A program made the position numbers and the translations under genes. The notes beneath the pieces are model-generated. The model ran no database searches. It saw nothing but the letters and a program-made list of their open reading frames with translations, and had not been told where the DNA came from. Positions 36,537 to 45,595 of a stretch of 64,000 nt of DNA are shown here, piece by piece (the first letter of the stretch is position 1; each line of letters opens with the position of its first letter). Source of the stretch: Minisyncoccota bacterium (GTDB lineage: Bacteria; Patescibacteriota; Minisyncoccia; Phycocordibacterales; UBA2100). The stretch spans positions 50,230-114,229 of the forward strand of contig DATJXE010000004.1 of assembly GCA_035500505.1 (NCBI GenBank), given 5' to 3'.

Positions 36537-39500
36537 TCAATGATCGTTGCCGCCGTAGCCATTGTTCCCGAAATTCCCGAAGCCGTTGTTGCCGTGGCCG
36601 TTGTCGTCCCAGTCGTTGTCGCCATCAGAACCCTTGCCTTTCTTGGGGTGTTGGGTGTTGCCAAAATTCTCATTTTTGGCGTTCGTGCCGGATTGAACTT
36701 TGATGGAACCCGGGTGCTGTGTCTGGGTCCAGCCTGTCTGCGACACCTCGGTAAGCGTGTACGTTCCGGCCGCAAGCCCGGTGAAGGAGAAGCTGCCGTC
36801 GGAACCGGTCGTTGTCGTTTGCGTCTGACCGTGCGGGCCGTGGAGAACGATTGTCCAACCCTCAAGTCCGGTCTCGCCGTTATCTTTCCTGCCGTTGCCG
36901 TTGGCGTCGTTGTACTTCATACCCGAGATGGTGCCGGGCTTGAAGTTACCGAAGTCTTTCTTCTTGGCATTCTGTCCCGCGCTCAAGGTGACCGTGTAGC
37001 AGCCGCCGCCGGTCTTCGGATACGTTTGCGTCCAGCCGCTCGGTACGACTTCGCAGACGTGGTACGTCCCTGCGACAAGTCCGGTGAAGTCATAGAAGCC
37101 TTGCTTGTTGGTCGTCAGCGACGTCTCACCGTTGTCGAGCTGGCCGTTATTATTGGCATCGAGGAAGATGGTTACGCCGGAGAGTTTGTGGTGATCGCCA
37201 TCCTTGAGCGTCCCGTCGCCGTCGCGGTCTTCATACTTCGTGCCGCGGATGGAGCCCAGGAGCTTATTGCTGGTGTTGGTGATGATGCAATTGATGTTGT
37301 CCCCTGCGGCGACAGGCAGTGCGGTGCAGCTGTTGTCCGTCTCGGTCCAGCCCTTGGGAAGGTTCACCTCGGTGACGTTGTAGATGCCCGGCGCAACATC
37401 GTCGAAGGTCACGCTGCCCGAGTGGTTAGTCGTCGTGATGCTGAAGCTCGGGTGGTTGGGAATATCACTGGTGAAGTTGTACGTCCCGCTTCCATTCCCG
37501 CCGTTCGTTTCTTTGGTGATAGTGAGGGTTGCGGTCGTCGGACAGAAATCATTCCACACGATGACGTACTGATCGGTGGTTATCTGCGAGAACTGGATGG
37601 GCGTCGTGGTCGTAGCTGCCGTTGCGGCATCGTCGAAGCTCATCGGGCTCGTGCTGTACCCGTCGAAGTAGTATTTGCCCGGCGAACAGGATTCTATAGA
37701 CGGCACGACCTGGCTTGAGGGGTCAATGTCACTCGTGATCTCTGATGTTACGTAATCTGCGGGCGCTTGCATCGGCGCGGTGTCCGCGAAGTAGCCGGTC
37801 GCCCCGCCCCATCCGGTACCCAATGTGTACGGTCCGCTCGTTTGCGCGCCACCGTTGAGGTTGGCGGTTTGCCATGTGGCCGTCATGGGGAAGATGTAAT
37901 TGCTGGCGCTTTCGGCTGTGGCAGGCTTTCCGTCGAGGTACTTTTCAATATGGACTTTGAGCGTCGCGGGTGGGGTAACAGTACAGCTCTTGTTCCACAC
38001 GATGATGTACTGATTGCCATTGATCGTTACGGTCGGCGGCGTCGAGGACTGAGAAGCGTTTTCTGCGTCTTGCAAGGTACTGCCTGTCGAGTACCCGACG
38101 AGGACGTACGGATGTACGCCGTCGCACTCTGGCCCAGGGCCTACCAAGCTCGTCGTCGTGTCCTCATTTGCGGTGTAGGTCGAATTTGCAGGAATAACGT
38201 TGGTTGATGCTTCGTAATCGACATCCGGCGTGGCGGGATTCCATCCGCCGGGCCCGAGCGTGAATGGAGCGTTATACGTGGCGGTGAACATCGGGAACGA
38301 GACACTGCCGACGCTGGCTGTAGTCGCTTGGACGCCGTCCACGAACTTGAAGATGTGCACTGCACCGTCTTGTGGCGGAGGAGGCGCGAAACAATACTGC
38401 CCCTGCGCGCTGTAGAGGAGTCCCGTCGGATTGACGGAGCCGGGGTAGGAAGAGTTCCTGACGACGAACGAGAGCGTGTTGGTTTGCCCGGCGACAGGTG
38501 TGAACGTCGCGCTGTAGGTATTGCCGAAGACCGACGGCAAAGAACCCGGCGTTGCCGCATAAGTATCGAGGTCGGGATTGGTGTCGCCTATCCATACGCC
38601 GTTGAAGTACACGCTCACAGCATTGTCCGCAGTGTAGTAGATGGTTATGGGGCTAACGGTCGCGCCAGCAGGGACATTGAAGTCTTTCTGGAAGAGCCTC
38701 CATTGATCTTCGGTGCCGGCTCCTTCACCTCCCGAATCTCCCGGGGACGCAGCGATATCAGATATCCATGCTGCGCCCGAACCCGCAAATGAACCACTTG
38801 AAGGGTCAGTCCACGGCCCAGGAACGAGCGTGAAGCCAGTGGGGCTGAGGTTCGCGAGCATCGAGGTCACGAAGTTGCCAGTGTCGGTGTAATTCAAGGG
38901 ATTGAGGCCCGATGCATCATTCGTGACGGCTACCCCACCTTTTACATTGGTTCCGTTGGTCCAACCACCAGTAAAGGTCGAGGTGTCGCTCACAAGATTG
39001 ATTGGGGTGCATTCTGACGGCGAGCTCGCAGGGATCGGGCCCGAAGCGAGCGTCAAATTGTCGATCAGGAATCCTTTGTCTAAGTTGGCTGGAACCGCAG
39101 CTCCTCCGGCACGGAAAAGCATCGTGCGCACGGCGCGGCTGTGATCATTCGAGAATCCGGGGTTGGATTCCGAATCGTAGAGATAGTAGTCTTCCCAGCT
39201 CGTGCCGGTCGCCATCAGATGGTCATCGATGTATATATTCACGACATCGTTATCAGGACCGTCGTAGAAATCCATCGAGAACTTGACCGTGTGCGGCACG
39301 CCCGAACTTAGAAGTGCAATTTGAGACTCGTTGAAAGTATCTTCGTTATTAGAATGGGTCGGGTCGGTCACGTCATCGAAGTACACGTGGATACCGTCGG
39401 CTTCGCTGTCGAAACGCAAATAGCTCATACGCGCACCATCGCCGCGATCGGGCGAAACTGACATGACGTCACCGATGCTGTCAGGAATCGCATATATGTC

Positions 39501-39881
39501 GAACTGAGATTCGAAGTGGGCCTGGAGCGGTCCGCTTGGGAAACCGCCCAAATCGGCGTTGCTCTCCCCTGCCGCATTAGTTAGCGGCGGGGCAAACGTC
39601 TGGTCACCAAAACTGCCGCTGGTTACTGCGTTGGATATGCGAAGGCTTTGGGTCGCAAAACTCGCGGGGGCACCAGAGATCGTTGAATTATCGGAAACCG
39701 CGACATCATAAGCGCCCGTCATCGACCAACCATTTTGGCCGTTTATATTGCCAACGGTGTAAGTAGGAGCGGAAGGCTCAAAAGTAATAGGGCCAATCGT
39801 GTCTGCGGACGCTAGCGCCGGAAGAATAAGGAGCGCCGAGGAGATGATGGCTGAGGCGATAAGATATTTATTCGTTTTCAT
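36537..39881 (-). CDS. 1114-aa secreted adhesin-like protein with lectin-like, Cna-B/SpaA and two SdrD B-like domains
   Basis: Signal peptide; TADNAVSVYFNG..NPTGLL; GTKYEDRDGDG..LDANNNGQLD..DFGN repeated twice. Confidence 0.8.
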   Translation of the reverse strand: MKTNKYLIASAIISSALLILPALASADTIGPITFEPSAPTYTVGNINGQNGWSMTGAYDVAVSDNSTISGAPASFATQSLRISNAVTSGSFGDQTFAPPLTNAAGESNADLGGFPSGPLQAHFESQFDIYAIPDSIGDVMSVSPDRGDGARMSYLRFDSEADGIHVYFDDVTDPTHSNNEDTFNESQIALLSSGVPHTVKFSMDFYDGPDNDVVNIYIDDHLMATGTSWEDYYLYDSESNPGFSNDHSRAVRTMLFRAGGAAVPANLDKGFLIDNLTLASGPIPASSPSECTPINLVSDTSTFTGGWTNGTNVKGGVAVTNDASGLNPLNYTDTGNFVTSMLANLSPTGFTLVPGPWTDPSSGSFAGSGAAWISDIAASPGDSGGEGAGTEDQWRLFQKDFNVPAGATVSPITIYYTADNAVSVYFNGVWIGDTNPDLDTYAATPGSLPSVFGNTYSATFTPVAGQTNTLSFVVRNSSYPGSVNPTGLLYSAQGQYCFAPPPPQDGAVHIFKFVDGVQATTASVGSVSFPMFTATYNAPFTLGPGGWNPATPDVDYEASTNVIPANSTYTANEDTTTSLVGPGPECDGVHPYVLVGYSTGSTLQDAENASQSSTPPTVTINGNQYIIVWNKSCTVTPPATLKVHIEKYLDGKPATAESASNYIFPMTATWQTANLNGGAQTSGPYTLGTGWGGATGYFADTAPMQAPADYVTSEITSDIDPSSQVVPSIESCSPGKYYFDGYSTSPMSFDDAATAATTTTPIQFSQITTDQYVIVWNDFCPTTATLTITKETNGGNGSGTYNFTSDIPNHPSFSITTTNHSGSVTFDDVAPGIYNVTEVNLPKGWTETDNSCTALPVAAGDNINCIITNTSNKLLGSIRGTKYEDRDGDGTLKDGDHHKLSGVTIFLDANNNGQLDNGETSLTTNKQGFYDFTGLVAGTYHVCEVVPSGWTQTYPKTGGGCYTVTLSAGQNAKKKDFGNFKPGTISGMKYNDANGNGRKDNGETGLEGWTIVLHGPHGQTQTTTTGSDGSFSFTGLAAGTYTLTEVSQTGWTQTQHPGSIKVQSGTNAKNENFGNTQHPKKGKGSDGDNDWDDNGHGNNGFGNFGNNGYGGNDH

Positions 39882-40085
39882 AGATAAATGAAAAAAATTT
39901 ATAAAATTGCTGGATAAAAATTGCCAAGAAATTAAGGCAATCCTCTATTGCGCCTGAGGCTATCATGAAATCGCACGGCAAAAAGATTCGCCACCTACGT
40001 CAATAGGTGGGTAACTCGTCTGAAAAGCCCGTGGATTACCGGTGCGTAACCCTGTGCACAAGTCTTCCCCCAACGTAAGGGTCTT

Positions 40086-40118
40086 CCCCTGCGTCAAGGC
40101 GACGCCTTGACGCAGGGG
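40086..40118. repeat. REP-like palindrome, left of transposase
   Basis: CCCCTGCGTCAAGGCG-A-CGCCTTGACGCAGGGG. Confidence 0.85.
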
Positions 40119-40151
40119 GCTTCCAAAAAAGCCTTCGTATAAAATCAATCC

Positions 40152-40823
40152 ATGAATCGGGGTCACTTTGCCGTCGGCGAGTGGTATCACTGCTATTCGC
40201 GCGGGATCGAAAAAAGGAAAACATTCGTAAGCAAACGGGACTACGAACGGTTTATCCAACTATTGTATCTTTGTAACTCCCCTCGACCGATCCATCGAAG
40301 TAACTTGAGAAATCCGTCCTTGGGTGAAGTCTTGAATATTCCACGGCAAGAAACTCTGGTGTCTTTGGGTGCATTTTGCCTAATGCCCAATCACTTTCAT
40401 TTGTTAGTCAAAGAAAAACGGGAACAGGGAATCTCGCGTTTCATGCAAAAACTTGGAACGGCGTACACAATGTACTTTAATATCAAAGAAACGAGGGTCG
40501 GCGGACTTTTCACCAAACCGTTCCGTTCGCGCCTCGTGGGCGACGATAGATATTTTCAGTACGCACTACAATATATCCACTGCAATCCGGCCGAATTGTA
40601 CGAAGCCGGTTGGAAAGAGGGCGTTGTCAAAAATATGAAGGAGTTGGAACAACTGTTGGTGGAATACCCCTACGGGAGTTTCGGCGTTTACCAAAGTGCG
40701 AATCATCGTTTGCGCCCGCTCCTTGCGGACGAGGTTTTCGAGATCCAATCTCAAGCAACTCCTGCTCGAATGTTGAGAGAGGCCCGACTCTATTATGCAG
40801 AACGCGTCAAGGCGTCGCCTTGA
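40152..40823 (+). mobile_element. REP-associated tyrosine transposase (RAYT / IS200-like Y1 HUH)
   Basis: YHCYSRG, FCLMPNHFHLL (HUH), YTMYFN, YIHCNP catalytic Tyr; flanked by palindromes. Confidence 0.9.
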
Positions 40824-40828
40824 CGCGT
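40802..40828. repeat. REP-like palindrome, right of transposase (contains its stop codon)
   Basis: ACGCGTCAAGGCG-T-CGCCTTGACGCGT. Confidence 0.85.
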
Positions 40829-40829
40829 G

Positions 40830-42620
40830 TCAGCCGAACGTGAACGTGTAGGCTTGAAGCCCCGGTTGCGAGATGACGAACTCGAGGAAGTGTTCGCCGT
40901 AATCCTTGCCGGCGACGATGTCATAAAGACGGTTCTCATTGACGTCTACGTAGCTCATCCCGTCTTTGAAATACACGTCCTTCCCCGCCACCGACGCGTC
41001 GAGCGGCTTGCTGTCGAGCAAGACTTCGACGGGAATGGCTTTGCCTGTCGCAGAACCAGCGACGAAATAAACATTCTTTGAGTCATATTTGTAGTCAACG
41101 CGGTCGGAGCCAACGGAACCGCCGACGTCGCTTCCCGTTTGGGCGTACTGGTCCTCGATATCCCACTGCCCTACCAGATAGAGCGTGTTGAGGTCCACCT
41201 GTTGCGGCTCGTCAAAATTTTGCACGCCGCTTATGCCCGGCTGCCCATTGCCCAGATACTCGTTGCGCTCCGAACCGAAGTAGGTCTCCGGCGATTGCAC
41301 GCCGTTGAAGTTTATCGGGATCATGTTGCTCGGCGTCGTCGAAGTTGCGTTGAAATCCGGCGTTGGAAGGCCGAGACGCGCGGCGCGTTCGATGAGCGCC
41401 TTTTGGATGGCGGCCTCGGCGCCGTCGTAGTCGCCTTCGCCCGCATGGTTGTAGACGATGTAGCCGTCGATATCCACGAGGAAATCGTTGGGCCAGTATT
41501 CGTTGCTGAACGCGTTCCACGTGCCGTACTCATTGTCGAGAACGACCAAGTACGTGATGCCGAATTGTTTCACTGCATTCGCGACATTGTCGTACACATG
41601 TTCGAACGCGAATTCGGGAGTAGAAACACCGATGATGACGAACCCGTACGGCGCGTATTTCTTGTACCACGCCTCGAGGTACGGGATGGTGCGCTGGCAG
41701 TTAATGCAGGAGTACGTCCAGAAATCCACCAGAACGACGTCGTTGCCCTTGTACTGCCCTATCGTTATCGGCTTGCCGTTGGTGTTGATGTAGCCGTCTA
41801 TCGAAGCGAGTTCGGGAGATTTCTTGTACACCATCGCCTTTTCGCTCGGCGAGAGAAGGGCTGTCGAGGTCGACGTGGTCGTGACACTCGATGAGGTGCT
41901 GTTTTGCGCGCCGAGGAGTTGCTCCTCGACGCCGCCAAGGTCGAAACCGTGGTTCAAGAGCCACGCTTCCGCGCTCGCCTCAGCGCCTGTGGCGACCAAA
42001 AGTCCTATGAGGATAAAAAGGATGCCGATGCCGCGGCGGAACCAGCCGGTCGGGTTTATCGTCACACCGAGCCTGTCTACCAATTTCTGTCCCGCGAGCG
42101 CGATGATGAAGAGAAAACCGGAAAGCCCCACCGCGTAGGCGAGGAGGTCGAGGAAGCCGGCAGCGAAGCTCTGAGGCAAGACCGTCGCGAGGATGACGAA
42201 GTACGTTGGCGAGCAGCTCGAGAAGACCGGGCCGAGCGCCGCGCCCATGATCATGTCGCCCACGCGAGAGTTACGCTGGTACCCTTCCGCAAGGAGCTTG
42301 TTGGAGCTGCGGTTCATCAGGTTGACGAAGCCCAGACGGTCCCACAGCGACGGAAAGACCATCACGAGCCCGAAGAGGACGAGGATGATACCCGAGAACC
42401 ATTCCCAAAAGGTCTGCGGGATATTGATGAATATCGTAGAAGCTTTCAGGAGCAACGTGAAGACGATGACCGAAACGCCGAGCGAAAAACATATCGTGTA
42501 AGCGCGCCACCTGCCGCCTTGCGCCAAGGAGCCGCCGACGATGACCGGCAAAAGCGGCAGGACGCACGGCGCTAAGACCGTAAGTACCCCGGCGATGAAT
42601 GAGATGAGAAAGAGGAGCAT
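40830..42620 (-). CDS. dipZ: DipZ-like CcdA/DsbD transmembrane + thioredoxin fusion
   Basis: APCVLPLLP, SSCSP, DFWTYSCINC, TPEFAFE, SPETYFG, AYTFTFG. Confidence 0.9.
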   Translation of the reverse strand: MLLFLISFIAGVLTVLAPCVLPLLPVIVGGSLAQGGRWRAYTICFSLGVSVIVFTLLLKASTIFINIPQTFWEWFSGIILVLFGLVMVFPSLWDRLGFVNLMNRSSNKLLAEGYQRNSRVGDMIMGAALGPVFSSCSPTYFVILATVLPQSFAAGFLDLLAYAVGLSGFLFIIALAGQKLVDRLGVTINPTGWFRRGIGILFILIGLLVATGAEASAEAWLLNHGFDLGGVEEQLLGAQNSTSSSVTTTSTSTALLSPSEKAMVYKKSPELASIDGYINTNGKPITIGQYKGNDVVLVDFWTYSCINCQRTIPYLEAWYKKYAPYGFVIIGVSTPEFAFEHVYDNVANAVKQFGITYLVVLDNEYGTWNAFSNEYWPNDFLVDIDGYIVYNHAGEGDYDGAEAAIQKALIERAARLGLPTPDFNATSTTPSNMIPINFNGVQSPETYFGSERNEYLGNGQPGISGVQNFDEPQQVDLNTLYLVGQWDIEDQYAQTGSDVGGSVGSDRVDYKYDSKNVYFVAGSATGKAIPVEVLLDSKPLDASVAGKDVYFKDGMSYVDVNENRLYDIVAGKDYGEHFLEFVISQPGLQAYTFTFG

Positions 42621-42890
42621 TTAGTGCATCATGACTCCCTCCGAAGTCGAAGCCGAGACGTCCATCATGTCATGCGACGAAGTTCCCATCATGTCGTGCG
42701 AGGAAGTTCCCATCATTTCGTCGGACGACGTTCCCATCATGTGATCCGACGAGGACGCCATCATGTCGCCGCTTTGCTCGTGCATCATTGCGTCGTTCGA
42801 AGAATAATTCTCATTGTGCTGGATAAGGAGGTACCCGCCGCCGATAACAACTATCGCTGCGACGATCCATCCGATAAGTGTCGTTGTCAT
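42621..42890 (-). CDS. Small membrane-anchored Met-rich repeat protein
   Basis: TM helix then 8-aa repeats MMGTSSHD (24-bp tandem repeats); abuts dipZ. Confidence 0.75.
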   Translation of the reverse strand: MTTTLIGWIVAAIVVIGGGYLLIQHNENYSSNDAMMHEQSGDMMASSSDHMMGTSSDEMMGTSSHDMMGTSSHDMMDVSASTSEGVMMH

Positions 42891-42919
42891 ACGTATATGA
42901 TTGAAATGCTAATGCATCG

Positions 42920-42960
42920 AGTGTAGTGCGGCGCCTGGCGATGTCAAGCTCACTTTACAT
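42920..42960 (-). promoter_or_regulatory. Sigma70 promoter with overlapping palindromic operator
   Basis: TTGACA-16-TACACT on minus strand; ATGTCAAG-N4-CTTTACAT over the -35. Confidence 0.65.
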
Positions 42961-42975
42961 TGGACAATGTGGATA

Positions 42976-43341
42976 TCAGCGATACAAGGAACTCCAGAGT
43001 CGCGCACCTACCTTGGCGAGCACCATGACCATGAGCGCGAATACGAGCCACGGATCGGGCTCGCCGTGAGACCCTTCGAAGAGTATCGCGATGATGAGCG
43101 CGACGCCCCCCGCGAGGAACGCGGCGCGGCCAGCGAGCATCTTATGGGCTTCCTCGCGCTCGTCCCCTTGCCCTTCGGCGAGCACGAATACCGCGAGCGC
43201 GCCGAAGACGGCTACGGCAGCGGCGAGCATTGCGACGTGCGCCATGCTCGGCATCCACAGATGGAACGGGTTGATGAGAAACGCGCCGATGACGACGAGC
43301 GCAAGCGCGGCGATGAATTGTAAGAACATGCTACGAGTCAT
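42976..43341 (-). CDS. DUF2178-like membrane protein
   Basis: Four hydrophobic segments with a DERE motif, downstream of the XRE gene. Confidence 0.7.
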   Translation of the reverse strand: MTRSMFLQFIAALALVVIGAFLINPFHLWMPSMAHVAMLAAAVAVFGALAVFVLAEGQGDEREEAHKMLAGRAAFLAGGVALIIAILFEGSHGEPDPWLVFALMVMVLAKVGARLWSSLYR

Positions 43342-43543
43342 ACCGTATTGAAAATATATCTTCGACCGGTCGCTTGAATAAGCGCGCGAGCTTGAGCGCA
43401 AGCGCGACCGAGGGGGTGTAGTTGCCTTTTTCCATGGCGATGATGGTCTGCCTGCTCACGCCCACTTTGTGAGCGAGTTCTTCCTGGGTCGCTTTGGAGC
43501 GCTCTCGCAAGCGCTGTACCTGATTCTCGACATATTCGCGCAT
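43331..43543 (-). CDS. XRE family HTH transcriptional regulator
   Basis: TQEELAHKVGVSRQTIIAMEKGNYTPS..LALKLA. Confidence 0.92.
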   Translation of the reverse strand: MREYVENQVQRLRERSKATQEELAHKVGVSRQTIIAMEKGNYTPSVALALKLARLFKRPVEDIFSIRYDS

Positions 43544-43551
43544 GTGGGGCC

Positions 43552-43592
43552 ATCATACGGAGCGACGCGCCGGGGTCAAGTTGATTTTACAT
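43552..43592 (-). promoter_or_regulatory. Promoter with the same operator upstream of the XRE gene
   Basis: TTGACC-16-TATGAT; GTCAAG-N4-TTTTACAT. Confidence 0.6.
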
Positions 43593-44297
43593 TTACCTGA
43601 AGAATTCGCGGCGGATGCGCATGACATCGTGATGGAAGTTCTCGCTCTCGCGCCTCGGATACGGAAGGTCTACGGGAAAGATGGCGTCCACGGTGCCGTC
43701 GCGCATGAGGATGACACGGTCCGCGAGTGAGACCGCCTCTTCGATGAGGTGCGAGACCATGACTATCGTTTTCTTCGTTTCGCGCCAGATGGCGATGAGG
43801 TCGTCGTGCAGCTCCGCGGTCGTCTTGGGATCGAGCGCGGAAAAGGGTTCATCGAGCAAAAGCACCTGCGGATCGACGGCGAGAGCACGGGCGATGCCAA
43901 CACGTTGCCGCTGCCCGCCGGAGAGGTCGGCGGGATATTTCGCCTGATAGGCATGCATGTTCATCGCGCGCAATTCCTTTTCGACGACACGCGAGACCTC
44001 GCTTTCGTTCGCCCCTTTTTGCCGCAACCCGAGCGCCGCGTTCTCAAAGACAGTGAGCCAGGGAAAGAGTGCGCCCTGCTGGAACGCCATTGCGATATGT
44101 TCCGGCTTCGTTATGGCCCCCTCCGTCGGCCGCTCCAGCCCGGCGATGAGCTTCAACATGGTCGTTTTGCCGCAGCCGGAGGCACCAACAAGGCAGATGA
44201 ACTCCCCTTCCGCAACGGAGAACGTCACGTTACGCAACGCGGGACGCGTCTCTTCGGGATAGATCATCCCCACGTTCTTGAATTCGATGACGGGCAT
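43593..44297 (-). CDS. NitT/TauT family ABC transporter ATP-binding protein
   Basis: GASGCGKT, LSGGQRQR, LLDEPFSALD. Confidence 0.92.
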   Translation of the reverse strand: MPVIEFKNVGMIYPEETRPALRNVTFSVAEGEFICLVGASGCGKTTMLKLIAGLERPTEGAITKPEHIAMAFQQGALFPWLTVFENAALGLRQKGANESEVSRVVEKELRAMNMHAYQAKYPADLSGGQRQRVGIARALAVDPQVLLLDEPFSALDPKTTAELHDDLIAIWRETKKTIVMVSHLIEEAVSLADRVILMRDGTVDAIFPVDLPYPRRESENFHHDVMRIRREFFR

Positions 44298-44303
44298 ATC
44301 GTA

Positions 44304-45119
44304 TCACTCGAAGCGGAAACGCTGCGCGTAGTGCAGAAGCCTTTGCCAGACGAAGAAGTTGAGGAGCGCGATGAGAACGACCATCACGAAGACGCACGCG
44401 AGGAATACTCCGTTCTGCGCGTTAGCCGCGGCAGAAACGAGAATAGACCCGACGCCGAAAAGGTCCTGCGCCGAGGTTCCGCCCGGAATGTACGTGTGCA
44501 GCACTTCCGCGACGATGATGAGGTTCCATCCCTGCGCGACCGCGAGGATGGAGCCTGTCACGAGCTGCGGAAAAATAGCGGGGAGCACGAGGCGGCGAAT
44601 GAACTCGAATCCCTTCAACCCGAAAATGTGCGCCGCGTCGATGATGTCGCGCGGGATTATCTTGAGACCGCCGACGACGGTGAAGACGATGTTCCAGAGC
44701 ATCGAGAGGAAGAGAATGAAGACGGCCGCTCCGTTCAAATTCCCGAAGCGGATGAAAAGCATGATGACGACCGGGAAGAGCGCGAGGATGGGCACAGATT
44801 CGAGCACGTCGAACGCCGGCAAGAGTATCGCCTCAACGAACCGATTGGACGTGACGAGGAGCGCGAGCGGAATGGCGACGACGACCGCGAAAACATACGC
44901 AATGGTGAGCCGCACGCAGGTGTCGAATGCGGCGAGAAGTATCGTGTCGAATGAGACCGCTTGTCCCGTCGGAATGAGGATGGGATAGAAGTAGAACGCG
45001 AGCCCCATGAGCCCGACAACGACCAACGGCCCGAGCACGATGGCGTAGAAACGCTGCCATAGCGTGACGGGGTAGCTGATCATTATGTGATGTGCGTGTC
45101 CGCGAGTCGTGTGCTTCAT
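44304..45119 (-). CDS. NitT/TauT family ABC transporter permease
   Basis: DVLESVPILALFP, DAAHIFG EAA-like loop, WNLIIVAE. Confidence 0.88.
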   Translation of the reverse strand: MKHTTRGHAHHIMISYPVTLWQRFYAIVLGPLVVVGLMGLAFYFYPILIPTGQAVSFDTILLAAFDTCVRLTIAYVFAVVVAIPLALLVTSNRFVEAILLPAFDVLESVPILALFPVVIMLFIRFGNLNGAAVFILFLSMLWNIVFTVVGGLKIIPRDIIDAAHIFGLKGFEFIRRLVLPAIFPQLVTGSILAVAQGWNLIIVAEVLHTYIPGGTSAQDLFGVGSILVSAAANAQNGVFLACVFVMVVLIALLNFFVWQRLLHYAQRFRFE

Positions 45120-45220
45120 TTCCTCTATTGTAGGACGTATTCGAACCGGTGTTTGCGTTATGCATGTAATTACTGCATAATTTTAGTGGTTGGAATTCCT
45201 CCGGCCAGGGAGTTGTGGCG

Positions 45221-45523
45221 ATGACGATCCATGCAGATCTAAACCCTAAGGCGAGAGGCTACATGCCGCGTCCGTTGACGAAAACCGAAGAGGAGATCGA
45301 GGCCCTGTGGCTGCACAGTCGGCAAAAGGTTAGGGCCCTCGTCGAGACCTGGGTGGAAGAGCTTGTCGTAAAGATCGGCCAAACATCCTCGCAAAAGGTC
45401 GACGACTATGTCAGGTTCGCGCATGAAACTGTTGATGATTGCTACAAACGCGAGATCTCACCGTTCGCAGCCGTCGACGAGATCCGACAGTGTTTGATCG
45501 ATTTGGGCCTGTGCCCGGCATAA
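45221..45523 (+). CDS. Hypothetical protein
   Basis: ORF fills the gap, SD-like AGGGAG upstream, hairpin at ~45546-45570 downstream. Confidence 0.55.
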   Translation: MTIHADLNPKARGYMPRPLTKTEEEIEALWLHSRQKVRALVETWVEELVVKIGQTSSQKVDDYVRFAHETVDDCYKREISPFAAVDEIRQCLIDLGLCPA

Positions 45524-45595
45524 GAACATTTTTTGAAGAGCAGCGGAGGCCGCCACACAAGGCGGCCTTCTTGTTTTTCAAGATATAATCAAGAC

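Noticed and set aside
39882-40085. Possible riboswitch upstream of the 1114-aa adhesin
   Set aside because: Only short hairpins (e.g. CCACCTA..TAGGTGG); no c-di-GMP or c-di-AMP consensus recognised
42650-42790. Regular 24-bp repeats as a possible CRISPR array
   Set aside because: No unique spacers, in-frame coding repeats, no cas genes
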